From the IMG/VR virus record IMGVR_UViG_3300037474_000096: DNA of 41,300 bases. One strand, given 5' to 3'. Under the pieces are notes generated by a model. The model had not been told where the DNA came from and searched no databases. It worked only from the letters and a program-made list of their open reading frames with translations. Below, in pieces: positions 14,743 through 22,443 of the stretch. Made by a program: the position numbers and the translations under genes. Every line of letters starts with the position of its first letter. Position 1 is the first letter of the stretch. The DNA comes from a virus.

Positions 14743-16134
14743 ATGACGCAGGAAGTGATCACCAAGCGGGTCCAGCTTCGGGGCGCGGCACGCGCGGTGA
14801 TGGCGTGCCGCGACCCTGAAGTCTTGCTCGCTGGTCCAGCCGGTACCGGCAAGTCGTTCGCGGTGCTGTACAAGATCCATCTGATGTGCCTGAAGAACCC
14901 GGGCATGCGCGCGCTGATCGCGCGCAAGACGCACAAGTCACTGACCAGTACGGGGCTGGTCACGTTCCGCGAGCAGGTGGCGGTGGAGGCGATCAGCGCC
15001 GGCCTGCTGAAGTGGTACGGCGGAAGCGCGGAGCGGCCAGCGCAGTACACCTACGCCAACGGGTCCGTGATCGTGGTGGGTGGCATGGATCAGCCGGACA
15101 AGATCATGTCCTCGGAGTACGACGTGATCTTCATCCAAGAGGCCACCGACTGCACCCTGGACGACTGGGAGAAGGCCAACTCCCGCCTGCGCAATGGCCG
15201 CGTGTCGTTCCAGCAACTGATCGCGGACTGCAACCCGCAGGCCCCATCGCACTGGCTGAAGCGTCGCTGCGACGCCGGGCACACCACGATGCTGTACTCA
15301 CACCACGAGGACAACCCGCGCCTGTTCGATGAGGCCGGCCAGCTCACCGAGTACGGGCGCGCCTATATCGCACGCCTGGACGCGCTCACCGGCGCGCGGC
15401 TCCAGCGCCTGCGCTACGGCAAGTGGCACTCGTCCGAGGGCATGATCTACGAGTGGAACCCTGAGGTTCACCTCGTGCGCCGCGAGGACTTCGCCACCAC
15501 CGTGCGCCCCGACCGCCTCCCGCTGAAGTGGCGCAGGATCTGGACGATCGACTTCGGGTACACCAACCCGTTCGTGTGGCAGCAATGGGCGATCGACGGC
15601 GACGGCCGGATGTATCTGGAGCACGAGATCTACCGGACCAAGCGGCTGGTGGAGGACCACGCCAAGGAGATCCTGGACGTCGTGTCGTTCAGGAAGGCGG
15701 CCGGCGGCGGGATGAACAACGGGCGGGTGTGGAACTACCCCGAACCCGAGGCGGTCATCTGCGATCACGACGCGGAGGACCGCGCCACTCTGGAACGCCA
15801 CCTCGGCTTCAGCACCGTGCCAGCCACCAAGACTGTCAGCGACGGGATCCAGGCGTTCCAGAAACGGCTGGAGATCGCAGGTGACGGCCGGCCCCGGATG
15901 CTGATCTGCCGTGATGCGCTGACCGAACGCGATCGTGAGCTGGACGAGGCGAGCAAGCCGCTGTGGTTCGGTGACGAGATCGAGGGCTACGTGTGGAAGA
16001 ACCCCACCAGCGCGCGGCCCACCCTGGTTCCGGATGAGCCGCGCAAAGAAGACGATCACTCAATGGACGCCGCGCGGTACGCGGTGGCGTACCTGGACCT
16101 TCAGCCGATGCCGGGGATCAGGTGGCTGGGCTAG
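14743..16134 (+). CDS. Terminase large subunit
   Basis: Walker A LLAGPAGTGKS. Size and position fit, directly upstream of the portal module. The alternative start is 14728. Confidence 0.85.
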   Translation: MTQEVITKRVQLRGAARAVMACRDPEVLLAGPAGTGKSFAVLYKIHLMCLKNPGMRALIARKTHKSLTSTGLVTFREQVAVEAISAGLLKWYGGSAERPAQYTYANGSVIVVGGMDQPDKIMSSEYDVIFIQEATDCTLDDWEKANSRLRNGRVSFQQLIADCNPQAPSHWLKRRCDAGHTTMLYSHHEDNPRLFDEAGQLTEYGRAYIARLDALTGARLQRLRYGKWHSSEGMIYEWNPEVHLVRREDFATTVRPDRLPLKWRRIWTIDFGYTNPFVWQQWAIDGDGRMYLEHEIYRTKRLVEDHAKEILDVVSFRKAAGGGMNNGRVWNYPEPEAVICDHDAEDRATLERHLGFSTVPATKTVSDGIQAFQKRLEIAGDGRPRMLICRDALTERDRELDEASKPLWFGDEIEGYVWKNPTSARPTLVPDEPRKEDDHSMDAARYAVAYLDLQPMPGIRWLG

Positions 16135-16316
16135 AGGGCCGACTGGAAGCCAGCCACCGCATCCTTCACTTCATCGATGTCACGCAGGATTCGCGCCATG
16201 CCGGGCGATATGTCCATATCCGCCAGTGCGCGTAGATCAGCGAGCGAGAGCGCGCTCAGGTCGGCCAGGTCGGACTGGAGCTGCGCATGTCGCGCATCGT
16301 CGCTGTTCGAGTCCAT
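16131..16316 (-). CDS. FxSxx-COOH-type RiPP precursor-like peptide, 61 aa
   Basis: MDSNSDDARHAQLQSDLADLSALSLADLRALADMDISPGMARILRDIDEVKDAVAGFQSAL-stop. The C-terminus is F-Q-S-A-L. GC3 is high. The gene is antisense to the flanking late genes and shares a CTAG stop with TerL. Confidence 0.6.
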   Translation of the reverse strand: MDSNSDDARHAQLQSDLADLSALSLADLRALADMDISPGMARILRDIDEVKDAVAGFQSAL

Positions 16317-16327
16317 GCATGTCGTTG

Positions 16328-16333
16328 TACCCT
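16328..16333 (+). promoter_or_regulatory. Possible -10 (TACCCT), 6 nt upstream of the leaderless ATG at 16340
   Basis: tcgttgTACCCTgcacacATG. There is no convincing -35. Confidence 0.3.
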
Positions 16334-16339
16334 GCACAC

Positions 16340-16549
16340 ATGATCAGGTGGGAAAGGCTCGCGCTGCTGCGCACGCCGGCGCTACTGCTGGCCGCCGTGG
16401 CGCTCATCGTGACCGGGGTGTTCCAGCTCAGCACCGCCGCCGGGTTGATCTCGCTGGGTGTCGCGCTGGGCCTGCTGGCCTTCCTGTTCGATGCCACTTC
16501 GCCCGTCGGCCAGGCCGACGCCGCGCGCACGCAGGGGGTCTACCGATGA
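16340..16549 (+). CDS. Small membrane protein, 69 aa, two predicted TM helices
   Basis: Hydrophobic stretches are ALLLAAVALIVTGVF and AAGLISLGVALGLLAFLF. It is divergent from the FxSxx-like gene. Confidence 0.6.
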   Translation: MIRWERLALLRTPALLLAAVALIVTGVFQLSTAAGLISLGVALGLLAFLFDATSPVGQADAARTQGVYR

Positions 16550-16827
16550 GCGTCTCCGCACCGCAGACCGCCACCGTGACCGCTGTGCCGGCCAGCACCA
16601 CGTCGGCGGCGCTGCTGGCCGGCGGGTCCCGGCGCGGATGGGTGGTCTCCAACATCAGCGGCCAGATCGCATATCTGCGGTTCGGCTCGGGCGCGGCCAG
16701 CGCCACGGACCACACGGTCACGGTGGCGTCCGGCGCGTACTACGAGTCCCCTCAGCCGGCCTATGGCGGCCCCGTCCAGGTGGTGCTGGCCGCCGGCTCC
16801 GGCAACGTGCTGGTGACGTCGTGGTAG
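16546..16827 (+). CDS. Hypothetical protein, 93 aa
   Basis: ATG at 16546 in an ATGA overlap. The sequence is beta-rich and Ala/Ser/Thr/Val/Gly-rich. Confidence 0.6.
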   Translation: MSVSAPQTATVTAVPASTTSAALLAGGSRRGWVVSNISGQIAYLRFGSGAASATDHTVTVASGAYYESPQPAYGGPVQVVLAAGSGNVLVTSW

Positions 16828-16862
16828 AGGGCGAGCGCGAACAGTCGGACCCGAAAGACTCA

Positions 16863-17000
16863 ATGCCAGGCATCACCCGTGAAGATGTGATCGCGACGTG
16901 GCGACGGCTGACGCGTGGGTATGCGGAGCGCCTTGACGTGCAGCCGTCGCCCCGTACCATGATCAACGCAGCACAGCGCGAGGGGCGTGTGATCGAGTGA
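16863..17000 (+). CDS. Hypothetical protein, 45 aa
   Basis: ATG at 16863. Its stop overlaps the portal GTG (GTGA). Confidence 0.45.
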   Translation: MPGITREDVIATWRRLTRGYAERLDVQPSPRTMINAAQREGRVIE

Positions 17001-18628
17001 GCCGATGGATCGAACCGCTGGAGCGGGCGGTGGAGCGTCTTCAGCTCCCGTCCGCCGCGCGGCGTGAGATCCAGCGGTTCGACGGCTACGACCGCACCCC
17101 GGTCCCGCTGGCGCGCCCCATGCCCGGTGGCCGTCAGACGCTCTACGGAGACCGGTCCGGTGCGGAGCTGTATCTGACCTACCTGATGACGTACGGCCAG
17201 GACAGCGTGGTCTGGTCGATCGCGTCGCGCCTGGCGGAGAAGGTCGGCTCGGTCCCGTGGAAGCTATGGCAGCGCGCGGCCAGCGGGAAGATCGAAGATC
17301 GCAAGCAGGTCACCTCGCACGCGGTGCTGGACCTGCTCGCCAAGCCGAACGACTTCCAGAGCCTGTCGATGCTGATCGAGCAGGCGCAGATCCACTTCGA
17401 GCTGGTGGGCGAGAGTGACGTCATCCTCGGGTTCTTCGAGAACGTCGCCTACCCGCTGGACATGTGGGTGCTGCGCCCCGACCGGCTGACCCCGGTCCCG
17501 GACATGGATCGCTTCCTGGCCGGGTGGGTCTACACCTCGCCGGACCGGGCGCAGCGCATCCCGCTGGACAACCGTGAGCTGCTGCGCGTGGTGCGCCCGT
17601 CGGCCACCGACGCGTACCGGGGGCAGGGCGCGGTGCAGGCGCTGCTGCGCGACCTGGACGCGCAGCGCTTCACGAAGGAATGGCAGGCCGCGTTCTTCGA
17701 GAACAGCGCGCGCCCGGGCGGCATCATCAAGATCGATCGTCATCTGAACGATGAGCAGTGGCGGCAGATGAACCAGCGCTGGCGCGAGTCTCACCAGGGT
17801 GTCGGCAAGGCGCACCGGGTGGCCATGCTGGAGCATGGCGCGGACTGGGTGGAGACGCAGCTCAGCATGCGCGACATGCAGATGGTGGAGCTGGACAACG
17901 CGTCGCGGGACAAGACCCTTACGGCGTTCGGCATGCCGAAGTCGATGTTGGGCATCGTCGAAGACGTCAACCGCGCCAACGCGGAGGCCGGCCAGTACCT
18001 CTACTCCAGCGAGATGATCAAGCCTCGGCTGGACCGGTGGCGTTCGACGTTCAACCACAGCCTGCTCCCGCTGTTCGGCACCGGTGTTCGCTCGCTGGAG
18101 TTGGACTACGAGGACCCGACACCGGCCAACCATGAGGCAGAGCTTCAGGAGCTGGACGTCAAGGCGCGCGTGGTGGTGACCCTGGTGGGTGCCGGCATGG
18201 ACGCGTCCAAGGTGCTGGAGATGGTGGAGTGGCCGGACCTCGGCTACGCCAAGCCTGAGCCGGCCGTCGTGCCGATGCCCGTTCCGCCTGGAAAGCGGGA
18301 CGGGCAGCAGGACGACGGCCGCGATGTTTCACGTGAAACATCGCGGGACGGGGGGCGCGCGGACGCGCGGTTCATCCTGCGCGGCCTGGACACGGGCGCG
18401 GACGAATGGGACGAGATCGGCATTGACGCCGCGATGCGGTGGAAAGTCGTCGGCCACCCGGACAAGAACTGCTGCGAGCCCTGTCAAAAGAATCTTGGCA
18501 GGCTGTACCGTAACCGCACAGAGGCATATTCGGACTACCCGAACGGGCGCGCCTACATCAAGTGCGTCGGCGAGGAGTTCGGCAACCACTGTCGGTGTCG
18601 GGTGATCAAGCGGAAGGACGGCCGATGA
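16997..18628 (+). CDS. Portal protein with a C-terminal MuF/SPP1 gp7-like Cys motif extension
   Basis: 543 aa, in the position after TerL. The C-terminus reads NCCEPCQKNLGRLY...FGNHCRCRV, which resembles the CxxC...HxxCRC signature of the head-morphogenesis MuF family. Confidence 0.75.
   Translation: MSRWIEPLERAVERLQLPSAARREIQRFDGYDRTPVPLARPMPGGRQTLYGDRSGAELYLTYLMTYGQDSVVWSIASRLAEKVGSVPWKLWQRAASGKIEDRKQVTSHAVLDLLAKPNDFQSLSMLIEQAQIHFELVGESDVILGFFENVAYPLDMWVLRPDRLTPVPDMDRFLAGWVYTSPDRAQRIPLDNRELLRVVRPSATDAYRGQGAVQALLRDLDAQRFTKEWQAAFFENSARPGGIIKIDRHLNDEQWRQMNQRWRESHQGVGKAHRVAMLEHGADWVETQLSMRDMQMVELDNASRDKTLTAFGMPKSMLGIVEDVNRANAEAGQYLYSSEMIKPRLDRWRSTFNHSLLPLFGTGVRSLELDYEDPTPANHEAELQELDVKARVVVTLVGAGMDASKVLEMVEWPDLGYAKPEPAVVPMPVPPGKRDGQQDDGRDVSRETSRDGGRADARFILRGLDTGADEWDEIGIDAAMRWKVVGHPDKNCCEPCQKNLGRLYRNRTEAYSDYPNGRAYIKCVGEEFGNHCRCRVIKRKDGR
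18319..18346. repeat. 28-bp perfect palindrome with core GTTTCACGTGAAAC, inside the portal gene
   Basis: CCGCGATGTTTCACGTGAAACATCGCGG, with every pair checked. It encodes ...RDVSRETSR... in the linker before the MuF-like motif. Confidence 0.95.
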
Positions 18629-18816
18629 GTGCTGAGTACGTCTATCGCGCTGGCACCCACTGGGGTGTGACGATCATCCGCGAGCAGGACTGCGTGAGAG
18701 AGGACGGCGTAGTCGTTTCCGGATCCGCGTCCCTGGTTGCCGTGGCACTGACGCAAGATGATGCGGATCTGATCATCGCCGCGCTGAACCGATACGAGGG
18801 GGCGGTCAACCCGTGA
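18625..18816 (+). CDS. Hypothetical protein, 63 aa
   Basis: ATG at 18625 in an ATGA overlap with the portal stop. Confidence 0.6.
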   Translation: MSAEYVYRAGTHWGVTIIREQDCVREDGVVVSGSASLVAVALTQDDADLIIAALNRYEGAVNP

Positions 18817-19010
18817 AGCCGAGTGTGGGTCGGATCGTCCACTTCAAGACCCTGAATCGATGCGTGGCGTCGATCGTCACTGACGTGCATGAGAACGGAA
18901 CTGTCGATGTGCAAACGTTCCCGCCGCGCGACCTGGCTATCGGTGACCAGCGGAACATCACCGAGTCCGACACCAACGGCGGGTGGCACTGGCCGGAGCG
19001 GGAGGGCTGA
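18813..19010 (+). CDS. Hypothetical protein, 65 aa
   Basis: GTG at 18813 in a GTGA overlap. Confidence 0.6.
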   Translation: MKPSVGRIVHFKTLNRCVASIVTDVHENGTVDVQTFPPRDLAIGDQRNITESDTNGGWHWPEREG

Positions 19011-19906
19011 TGAACAAGCGCAGGCGTGAGCTGCTGGCCGCCCTGGCCCCGGCGGTGGAGTTCGTGCGTGAGCACGCCGACGTTTCACGTGAAACGGTCC
19101 CTGGTCTCGCCTGCAAAGCGACGGCCAGCGGGACCGAGCTGATGATCTACGGGCCGATCGGATCCGGTGGATTCTTCGACTCGGGCATCGGCGCGGCGGA
19201 CGTTGCCGCCGCACTGCGCGACGCTGGTGCCGGCCCGATCGACGTGCGGCTCAACTCCCCGGGCGGGGACGTCTTCCAGGGCGTGGCGATCCACACCCTG
19301 CTGGCGCGCCACCCGGGCACGGTGACCGTGCACGTGGATGGGCTGGCCGCCTCAGCGGCCTCGTTCATCATGCTCGCCGGCGATCGGATCCGGATGGCCA
19401 AGCACGCCATGGTGATGATCCACGACGGGATGACCGGGACGTACGGCAACTCCGCCACCCTGACCCGCGCCGCTGAGCTGCTCGACAAGGTGAGCGGGAC
19501 CATGGCGGAGATGTACGCGGACCGGGCCGGCGAGGACGCGGAGCACTGGCGCGCCCTGATGACGGTGAACGCGGAGGACGGCACGTGGTTCACCGGCCAG
19601 GAGGCGTACGACGCTGGCCTGGTGGACGAGCTGACCGATGCGCCCGGCGAGGATGACGAGGACACCCTGGTCTGGGATCGCCTGGCCGCCTGGCGCGACC
19701 GTCTCCCGACCGCCGTGGTGGCGAAGCTGGACGAGCACGAGCCGACTCCGGTGAATGAGGAGCAGGATGACGATCCCGCTCTTGCTCGGGAGGATTTCGA
19801 GGATCCGGCCCTGAGTACCGAAGAAGAAGACTACGCACACGCGATGGCGATGTGGGCGTGGATGAACAAGAACGGCCACACGGCCAGGAAGGAAGTTGCT
19901 CTGTGA
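19010..19906 (+). CDS. Capsid maturation protease (ClpP/S49-like)
   Basis: ATG at 19010 shares 1 nt with the upstream stop. Motifs are VRLNSPGGDVFQG and GLAASAASFIMLAGDRIRM. Confidence 0.8.
   Translation: MNKRRRELLAALAPAVEFVREHADVSRETVPGLACKATASGTELMIYGPIGSGGFFDSGIGAADVAAALRDAGAGPIDVRLNSPGGDVFQGVAIHTLLARHPGTVTVHVDGLAASAASFIMLAGDRIRMAKHAMVMIHDGMTGTYGNSATLTRAAELLDKVSGTMAEMYADRAGEDAEHWRALMTVNAEDGTWFTGQEAYDAGLVDELTDAPGEDDEDTLVWDRLAAWRDRLPTAVVAKLDEHEPTPVNEEQDDDPALAREDFEDPALSTEEEDYAHAMAMWAWMNKNGHTARKEVAL
19081..19096. repeat. 16-bp perfect palindrome with the same GTTTCACGTGAAAC core, inside the protease gene
   Basis: CGTTTCACGTGAAACG, encoding ...ADVSRETV... Confidence 0.95.
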
Positions 19907-21270
19907 GCACCAAGCTGGCCGTGCCCAACACGGCCGACGGTCTTCAGGAGGCGCTGACCAACCGCGCCACGATGAAGACGATCATGGACGAGGGATCCCT
20001 CCCGGAGTTCATGACCAACTACGTGGCCGAGTTCGGCCGCAAGAACGTCGACGTCCAGGAGCAGGTTGACGATGCGGTCAACCGGGCCATGGCCTCCTAC
20101 GCCCGGGACCGGGGCGCGGAGCTGCTGGCCGGTGGTGGTAAGCGCAAGGCCACCGCCGCCGACGTCCGCGCGCAGCGCCAGTCCGGCACCTACAAGTCGG
20201 ACCGGGTGGGGGCCGGCGCGAAACTCGATGGGAAGTTCGAGGATCTGTGGGACTTCCTGACCTGCGTGTCCACGAAGTCGATCCAGACCGGCGCGGACCA
20301 CGAGCGGCGCGCGCTGGTTGAGGCGGCCATGTCGTCCACCGAGCCGGCCAGCGGTGGCTTCCTGATCCCGGACGAGTTCCGGGCCACCCTGATGCAGGTG
20401 GCGCTGGAGACGGCGCTCGTGCGCCCCCGGGCGACGGTCATCCCGATGACCAGCCTGCGCGTGTCGATGCCGATCGTGGACTCCACGTCGAACGTGTCCA
20501 GCGTCTACGGCGGCATCATCGGTTACTGGGCGGAGGAAGGCGCGGCGCTCACCCAGTCCCAGCCGACCTTCGGCCGGATCGTGCTGGAGGCCAAGAAGCT
20601 CACCGCCTACACCGCTGTCCCGAACGAGTTGCGCCGGGACTCCGCCATCAGCGTGGAGACGCTGCTCAACACGATGATGCCGCAGGGCATCTCGTGGTTC
20701 GAGGACATCGCGTTCCTGTTCGGCTCGGGTGTCGGCGAGCCGCTGGGTGTGCTCAACCCGAACAACGCGGCGATCCTGTCCGTGGCCGCGCAGGGCGGCC
20801 AGCCCAGCGGCACGATCCTGTGGGAGAACATCGTCGCGATGTACGCCCGCATGCTGCCGTCCTCGCTGGCCAACGCCGTCTGGGTGGTCCCGCCGAACGC
20901 GTTGCCGGAGCTGTTCACCATGGCGCTGTCCGTCGGCACCGGTGGCTCGATCCTCGGCCCGATCGCTGCGAACAACGGCACCGGCGCGCCGGTCATGCAG
21001 CTCCTGGGTCTGCCGATCGTCGTCTCGGAGAAGGTCACCGCGCTGGGTGGTGCCGGCGACGTGTCGCTGGTGGATTTCTCGCAGTACCTGATCGGTGACC
21101 GGATGGCGATGGAGGCGGAGCAGTCCGCCGACTACCTGTTCGGCAACGACATGATGGCGTACCGGTTCATCGAGCGGGTGGACGGCCGGCCGTGGCTTCA
21201 GAGCGCGATCACCCCGCGCAACGGTGGTCCGACCCTCAGCCCCTACGTCCAGCTGGCCGCGCGTCCGTAA
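19903..21270 (+). CDS. Major capsid protein (HK97 fold type, with an N-terminal delta-like region)
   Basis: GTG at 19903 in a GTGA overlap with the protease stop. It is 455 aa, follows the protease, and is followed by a strong terminator. Confidence 0.8.
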   Translation: MSTKLAVPNTADGLQEALTNRATMKTIMDEGSLPEFMTNYVAEFGRKNVDVQEQVDDAVNRAMASYARDRGAELLAGGGKRKATAADVRAQRQSGTYKSDRVGAGAKLDGKFEDLWDFLTCVSTKSIQTGADHERRALVEAAMSSTEPASGGFLIPDEFRATLMQVALETALVRPRATVIPMTSLRVSMPIVDSTSNVSSVYGGIIGYWAEEGAALTQSQPTFGRIVLEAKKLTAYTAVPNELRRDSAISVETLLNTMMPQGISWFEDIAFLFGSGVGEPLGVLNPNNAAILSVAAQGGQPSGTILWENIVAMYARMLPSSLANAVWVVPPNALPELFTMALSVGTGGSILGPIAANNGTGAPVMQLLGLPIVVSEKVTALGGAGDVSLVDFSQYLIGDRMAMEAEQSADYLFGNDMMAYRFIERVDGRPWLQSAITPRNGGPTLSPYVQLAARP

Positions 21271-21328
21271 CGCAGCCCTGACGCAACAGCCCGGGCGAGT
21301 CCCCATCCTCGCCCGGGCTGTTTGCTGT
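21215..21328. repeat. Direct repeat copy 1: capsid gene 3-prime end plus terminator, duplicated at 22105-22225
   Basis: 21215-21270 versus 22105-22160 is 56 nt with 3 mismatches. The hairpin is duplicated with 2 compensatory changes. Confidence 0.9.
21287..21328. terminator. Hairpin terminator after the capsid gene, between convergent genes
   Basis: CAGCCCGGGCGAG, loop tccccatc, CTCGCCCGGGCTG, then TTTGCTGTT. Confidence 0.8.
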
Positions 21329-22057
21329 TCAGAGCGAGGCGAGGAACGCGCGCCCGATGTATTCGGAGTACGCGGGAGGGATCGCCTCGCACAGATCGAA
21401 TCGATCCGTCATCCAGTCGATACCCATGGCGTGCCGCAATTCCTCCGCGGTGGCCTTCCCTCCGCCCGCACCGTAGCCGGCCACGTACGGACCCTCACGC
21501 ACCACGCCGTGCCGCCACCCGCGAACGTAGCCGGTGTGCTTCGGATGAGCCATGGGTGCCATCTCGTGCATCGGCACCGGCCAGTGGCCGAACTCGAACG
21601 AGCGGTGCTTCTGCACCCAGGGGGGTGGTAGTTCGCCCTTGAACATGTCCATGCACAGGGTCAGGTCGCGACGGATCAAACCCTTGCGGCTGGAGGTGGG
21701 CTGCTCGATGACGTACGGGATGCCGAGCCGGTCGGACAGTTCGCGCGCCCGGGGGATGAACTGCTCGTGCGCGTCCACGATCCCGCGCGCCCGATTGCTC
21801 GCCGTAGCCGTGTTCCCGTCCTGGCACGGCCACGACTGATGGATGAGCGCGGGACGTTCGCCCAGGTCGGAGATGTGCGGGCCGAATTTCGTCTCGCCCA
21901 GGAAGCACAGCCCGTCGGCCTGGATGAACTCGTCACCCGGGTAGCCGGGCTGCGGCTCGATGTCCACGCCGATGACGTAGAGGCCGGCGCGTTGATAGCC
22001 GACAGTCGCGCCACCCTTGCGGCAGCAGATGTCCAGCAGGATCGGTTTGCTTGTCAC
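21329..22057 (-). CDS. DNA (cytosine-5)-methyltransferase, short form (242 aa)
   Basis: Motif I-like LLDICCRKGG, motif IV SWPCQD, YVIEQP (ENV-like) and motif X-like EAIPPAYSEYIG. The leaderless GTG at 22057 lies 6 nt after a TAATCT -10. Confidence 0.75.
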   Translation of the reverse strand: MTSKPILLDICCRKGGATVGYQRAGLYVIGVDIEPQPGYPGDEFIQADGLCFLGETKFGPHISDLGERPALIHQSWPCQDGNTATASNRARGIVDAHEQFIPRARELSDRLGIPYVIEQPTSSRKGLIRRDLTLCMDMFKGELPPPWVQKHRSFEFGHWPVPMHEMAPMAHPKHTGYVRGWRHGVVREGPYVAGYGAGGGKATAEELRHAMGIDWMTDRFDLCEAIPPAYSEYIGRAFLASL

Positions 22058-22063
22058 CCACTC

Positions 22064-22092
22064 AGATTACCTGCCTATCGTCCAGATGTCAA
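22064..22092 (-). promoter_or_regulatory. Conserved-box promoter for the methyltransferase gene
   Basis: Minus strand: TTGACA (22092-22087), 17 nt, TAATCT (22069-22064), 6 nt, GTG at 22057. The box ATCGTCCAGATGTCAACGAG lies at 22077-22096. Confidence 0.65.
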
Positions 22093-22104
22093 CGAGTATT
22101 TGGA

Positions 22105-22225
22105 CGCGCAACGGTGGCCCGACCCTGAGCCCCTACGTCCAGCTGGCCGCGCGTCCGTGAGCTAGCCTGGCCGCGTAACGCGACCGCCCGGGCGAGTCCC
22201 CATCCTCGCCCGGGCGGTTTGCTGT
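22105..22225. repeat. Direct repeat copy 2: remnant of a capsid gene 3-prime end (last 18 codons plus stop) plus a terminator copy
   Basis: It encodes RNGGPTLSPYVQLAARP-stop, identical in amino acids to the end of the capsid gene. The three nucleotide differences are GGT/GGC, CTC/CTG and TAA/TGA. Confidence 0.9.
22184..22225. terminator. Second copy of the capsid terminator hairpin, placed after the 22226..22408 gene
   Basis: CCGCCCGGGCGAG, loop tccccatc, CTCGCCCGGGCGG, then TTTGCTGT. Confidence 0.7.
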
Positions 22226-22408
22226 CTAGGAGATCTTGATCTGGCTGGGTGCGAACCACTCGAACCGGGACTCGATCGCGCTGACATCGAACCGCAGGCG
22301 CTTCCAGCCCTCCGCGTCCGTCTCGATCACCGTGCCGGTCTGGCCGTGCCACCTGCGATGCGGGCCGATCACCGTGGCGCGCTCGCTCGGGATTGTCTCG
22401 TTCGTCAT
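22226..22408 (-). CDS. Hypothetical protein, 60 aa (reverse-oriented cassette)
   Basis: The leaderless ATG at 22408 lies 6 nt after a TAGACT -10. Confidence 0.6.
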   Translation of the reverse strand: MTNETIPSERATVIGPHRRWHGQTGTVIETDAEGWKRLRFDVSAIESRFEWFAPSQIKIS

Positions 22409-22414
22409 GCTCTC

Positions 22415-22443
22415 AGTCTACCTATCCATCGTTGGGATGTCAA
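22415..22443 (-). promoter_or_regulatory. Conserved-box promoter for the 22226..22408 gene
   Basis: Minus strand: TTGACA (22443-22438), 17 nt, TAGACT (22420-22415), 6 nt, ATG. The box ATCGTTGGGATGTCAACGAG lies at 22428-22447. Confidence 0.65.

Noticed and set aside
19831-21306. 491-aa minus-strand ORF covering the capsid gene
   Set aside because: It is antisense to a well-supported HK97-type capsid ORF. It is Arg/Gly/His-rich, has no RBS or promoter, and is the typical long shadow ORF of high-GC DNA.
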